The translations under genes and the position numbers were made by a program. Source: the human T2T-CHM13v2.0 reference genome, Homo sapiens. Taken from it: a DNA stretch of 64,000 nucleotides. The notes beneath the pieces are model-generated. The model searched no databases and was not told the DNA's origin. It worked only from the letters and a program-made list of their open reading frames with translations. Of this stretch, positions 59,868 to 64,000 are shown piece by piece. The stretch lies in NCBI RefSeq assembly GCF_009914755.1, contig NC_060942.1; one strand, 5' to 3'. Each line of letters starts with the position of its first letter. Position 1 is the first letter of the stretch.

Positions 59868-61430
59868 AAAGAAAGCTGCTTCTCTAGTAGAGAGCTTTGG
59901 CTACCATATTACCTATGCTGTTCTGTTGGGCCTCAGCCTCTTTCTCCTTGGTGATTGGAAAGATAGTGTGTGTCCTATTTCCTTCATAACAAGAAGACAT
60001 AGCCCTGTGTGACAGAAGTTTATCAGATTGTGAGTTTTTTGGATAGGAACAATGTTTTCTTCATTGTTTTATACTCACAACCAATCACATAGAAGATGTG
60101 AAATAGATGTTTGCTAAATGAATGATGATATCTGGGAAATGTAGATGAATGAGTCCCTTATCTTATTTTTTACTTGTTTGGGATGCTGAGTGTTCTTTGG
60201 TGGAGGTATGGGGTAGATAGGGTGTGTGAGGGAATGGCAGGAGAGAAGTATATTGTGGTCAGAGCACTATGGCCTGTGCCATATAAGGCAAATAGAATCT
60301 ATATGACATAAAAGGGAAGTAGAATCTATGTGACAATGAGAAACCAAGGCAGAGGTTTTAGATGCAAAAAGATATCGTATGTCTAATTATTTTAAAAGTT
60401 GTCTTGAAATCCTCAAAAAAACCTCAGAGAAAATTCATTTTAGTGGACCTTCATTCAAATCAGTTATATTCTGTATAGTGCATTTTATGTGTTATATAAG
60501 GAACGAAATGAAATCAAGTAACAGGGTGTGGCTGTCATCTATAACTAAGCATGCAGATGGCCCCTTTCTTTTGTCTCAGATTATACGTTTCTCTTTTCTC
60601 TGATACTTGGGCTTTTGGACCTTGAAAGGAATTACTTGTGAGAACTGAGGACCCACTTGGTTCAAGGATGCTGAGCTTGGGAAGTTGTGGGGATTATGTA
60701 ACACATCAGAGGGCAAATGGCACTTTGCTAATAGGAGAACCCGTAGGGCAGGAAGATTGTATTGTACTCCTAATCAATCATTTCAGCAATTCTCGACTCT
60801 TACAAATCTTTATTCTGATCTAGACTGCAGCCCATCTGCACAGAAGATGCAGTAAAACCATTAAATACATTCACACTCACACTCTTTCATTTATTATTGG
60901 CTGTAACATTGACATTACCATATTTCATGTAGGGAGAAAAGTATAATAATTATACTAACTATTTATATACATGTGCTCTTTCAAGAGTTAACAATTTTCT
61001 GGTAATGGCCAAGAATTATCTTCTTAATACAAATGCGTTTCTGTTGTTATAAGACTTTCTGCTCTTTCATATAATTATAGCTTTAAGAAGAAATTGACTT
61101 GGATTTCTCTGTGTTTTTGTATAATTGGAATTCAGAAATATGCTTTTGCCAAGAATATCATGTTTTATTGCATTTTTTTGCAAGGTTATAGGATGATGAA
61201 TTGGAAATGATCATTTTGTCCATTTTTTACATTTTATGTAAAAATGCCATTTGATGTGGTTTAAAGAGTCTTTTAACCTTTTTTTCCCTCCAAGGTGGAT
61301 CTAGAGGACAGTGGTATAAGATTATTTAGACAATACCTTTAAGTATTTTGCTTTGTTTGCTAGCACTGTGTCAATATAATCAACATATTTAGTAGCAAGA
61401 GACTCTAAACAATAAAAATATCTTTCTAGG

Positions 61431-61501
61431 TAACTGACCCCTAAAATGATATTAAAGAAAATATATTGAATACTATTTAATATCATTTTAGGGGTCAGTT
61501 A
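61431..61501. repeat. Perfect 26-bp inverted repeat with 19-nt spacer
   Basis: taactgacccctaaaatgatattaaa ... tttaatatcattttaggggtcagtta. Confidence 0.97.
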
Positions 61502-61990
61502 TGAATATTTTATTTAAAATGAGATAAACGATCTAAGTTACAGCTTATGCAAAACCATCTAGAGCATTGGGCAAAAGACCGTTTAGATCAGCCTCTGATA
61601 AGTCTGGCTGTTGAACCATGAGCTTAGGGACTGTCGCTTGTCACAAGCTCCTGTTCCATTCTCCCAGGCCACTGCTTAGTGGGTCAGCTACAAACACCAC
61701 AGACTCAGTTGGCAAATTAGATAACTCAACATGTAGATTTTCAGTGTACAAACTACACAGAGATGGGATTTATACCAATTTAGCTCCTAACACTGCTTAA
61801 CCCACACAGTTACCTTGTGCTGTTCCAGCCTATTTTATTCTGAGACATTTAGATCATTCAGAAACTATCCTTCTTTCTGATCTCCAGATGTGACCTCAAG
61901 GTGCAACCTCCAGATCCAAACTAGGCTGGACAGACCCACCAAATCCTTAACTGGCAGATCCTTTGGGGTATAATGCCTAGGAAATCCTCA

Positions 61991-62130
61991 ATTCATTCAT
62001 TCATTCATTCATTCATTCAAAGAGTCAAAAATATCCGAGCCCTTGCTATGTGCTGACATTGTGCTAAGTGCCAGGGGAGAAAAAGCAAATAAGCCCAGGG
62101 CCTTACCCTAATACAGTTCTCTGTCTGAGA
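61991..62130 (-). mobile_element. L2 3' end with (ATTC)n
   Basis: (attc)7 followed by gctatgtgctgacattgtgctaagtgc. Confidence 0.75.
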
Positions 62131-63439
62131 GCCTTCAGCTGGGCTCATTCTTTCAGCTTTCTGTTCTTTGTTCCTGGTTTGACTTATGGAACACCGTCTC
62201 TCTCATTTTCTCGCTGTACACATTTATGGCCATCCTCACACACTGTGCTTCCCGTGGCAACTCATTGCTGACTCCAATTTGGCAGGTAGTTTATTACCTG
62301 CTCCATTTTATAGAGGAGGCAGTAGAGAGCTCTTTTTTCTATGCTTGAGCGAAGACTGTCTGCAGACATGAATGCTACAAGCTGAGAGGCAGAGGCCAGT
62401 GTTATCCTGAATTTGAAGACACAACATTCAGGCTTTTCTTGATGTTCAGAGGAACCCAAAACTGAGTTGTTCAAAAAATATTTTTTCTGGTATAATTATT
62501 TCTAGGTTGGGGGAAAAAAAAAAATCACAAACCTCATCCAGGTGTAACTTAATTGACCACTGGATGTCACCATTGCTCCATATAAGTACTGTGGACGGCT
62601 GCTGGACGCTAGAATTTGGGAGCATTTGAAGGTCTGTCTCTGCATTTTTAGCACTCTTGCTTTGTCCAATTTGCATTATAGTCACCCCAGAGCTTCTGCA
62701 AAACAAGATGGGATTATAAATAAGCAACTCAACAAAGAAATAAAATTCATCTTACCAAGGAGTAACCATGGTTAATGATCTGATTTAGGTGACAAAGGGA
62801 TGCTTGGGCACTTGCAAATCATCCTCAGCAAACCTGAGTGAAAGCCATCATTTTTCCTTTGTCTGGAAGTCTAGATTGTCAAGAGTCTGCGTCACACAAA
62901 GACTCAGCACAGTACTCACGGAACTGAAGAGTCACACTTTAGAGGTCACCTCTTCCAACATTCTGCCCAATGCCGGAAGCCCCTTAATCCCTGTCCCCAT
63001 AGGACCCAGATGAATGGCTGCCTGCTTCTAAGCATCCCTGGAGAGCAAGCTCACAGATTCACCAAGCAGCACGTTCTGCCCCAGGAGTGCTGGAATAGAG
63101 CTGGACAGGATAGGGAGGTCTCTCTTCAACTCACACGTTTGCTGTTCCTTCATGGCTGCTGTGTGATGTTATATACTCATTAATAGAGGATGTTGTGGGA
63201 GTTTGGAGGAAGGGGCTTGGCCCAGCCCAGAGGGCATGAGAAGGAGCAGCCTTGGAAGGTTCAGTTCCTAGAGCAGTCTAAATGGGGCCACAGGGGAGAC
63301 CCTGGGCCTTTTGGCCTCCCCTAGATTATATAATGGAATGGTTGCTTACTCTGGCTGGATACAGACCCTGTGCTTTTCATGTAGATGCTCCTGGTAAGCA
63401 TAGAAGGAACTCATGGAATTCAGCAGCGGTGAAATTTAA

Positions 63440-63844
<405 letters not shown>

Positions 63845-64000
63845 CGATAAATGGCATTTTAAAGCCAGAGGAAAGCATGACCCGTTCTGCTGTCATGCCC
63901 ACTTCCATTCTTTTAGTGCAGACTGGGGCGGGAATATGTCTCCTTCTCTCCTCATTCCCTCACTTGGAAACCCAAGCAAGAGAGCTCAGAGCCCCATCTG

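Overview
Primate (most likely human) non-coding genomic DNA, intergenic or deep intronic. I could not identify an intact protein-coding gene, RNA gene or CRISPR array, and could not name the locus. The window is rich in repeats: about 33 Alu/FLAM/FRAM pieces, old L1M, L2 and MIR fragments, MaLR/ERV solo LTRs (THE1, MLT1, MLT2, MER31, MER21, LTR28/MER52-like) and hAT MITEs (MER20, MER53, MER58A). Most ORFs in the track are Alu or LTR artefacts. Three decayed coding relics lie on the minus strand: (1) a heavily eroded piggyBac/PGBD4-like transposase at about 6.66-8.65 kb, split by three Alus and essentially absent from the ORF track; (2) a 19q13.43-type KRAB-C2H2 zinc-finger pseudogene at about 24.7-28.6 kb that mixes exon and intron remnants and carries Alu, L1MA and THE1 insertions; (3) a 5'-incomplete processed EIF4A3 pseudogene at about 40.4-41.2 kb. 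Other notable items are a perfect 26-bp inverted repeat, an AT-rich palindromic minisatellite, an Alu with an internal inversion, short tandem duplications and several motif-dense candidate enhancers. I see no convincing new biological system; the piggyBac fossil and the mosaic ZNF copy deserve follow-up most. Repeat subfamily names come from recalled consensus sequences and need RepeatMasker/Dfam confirmation.
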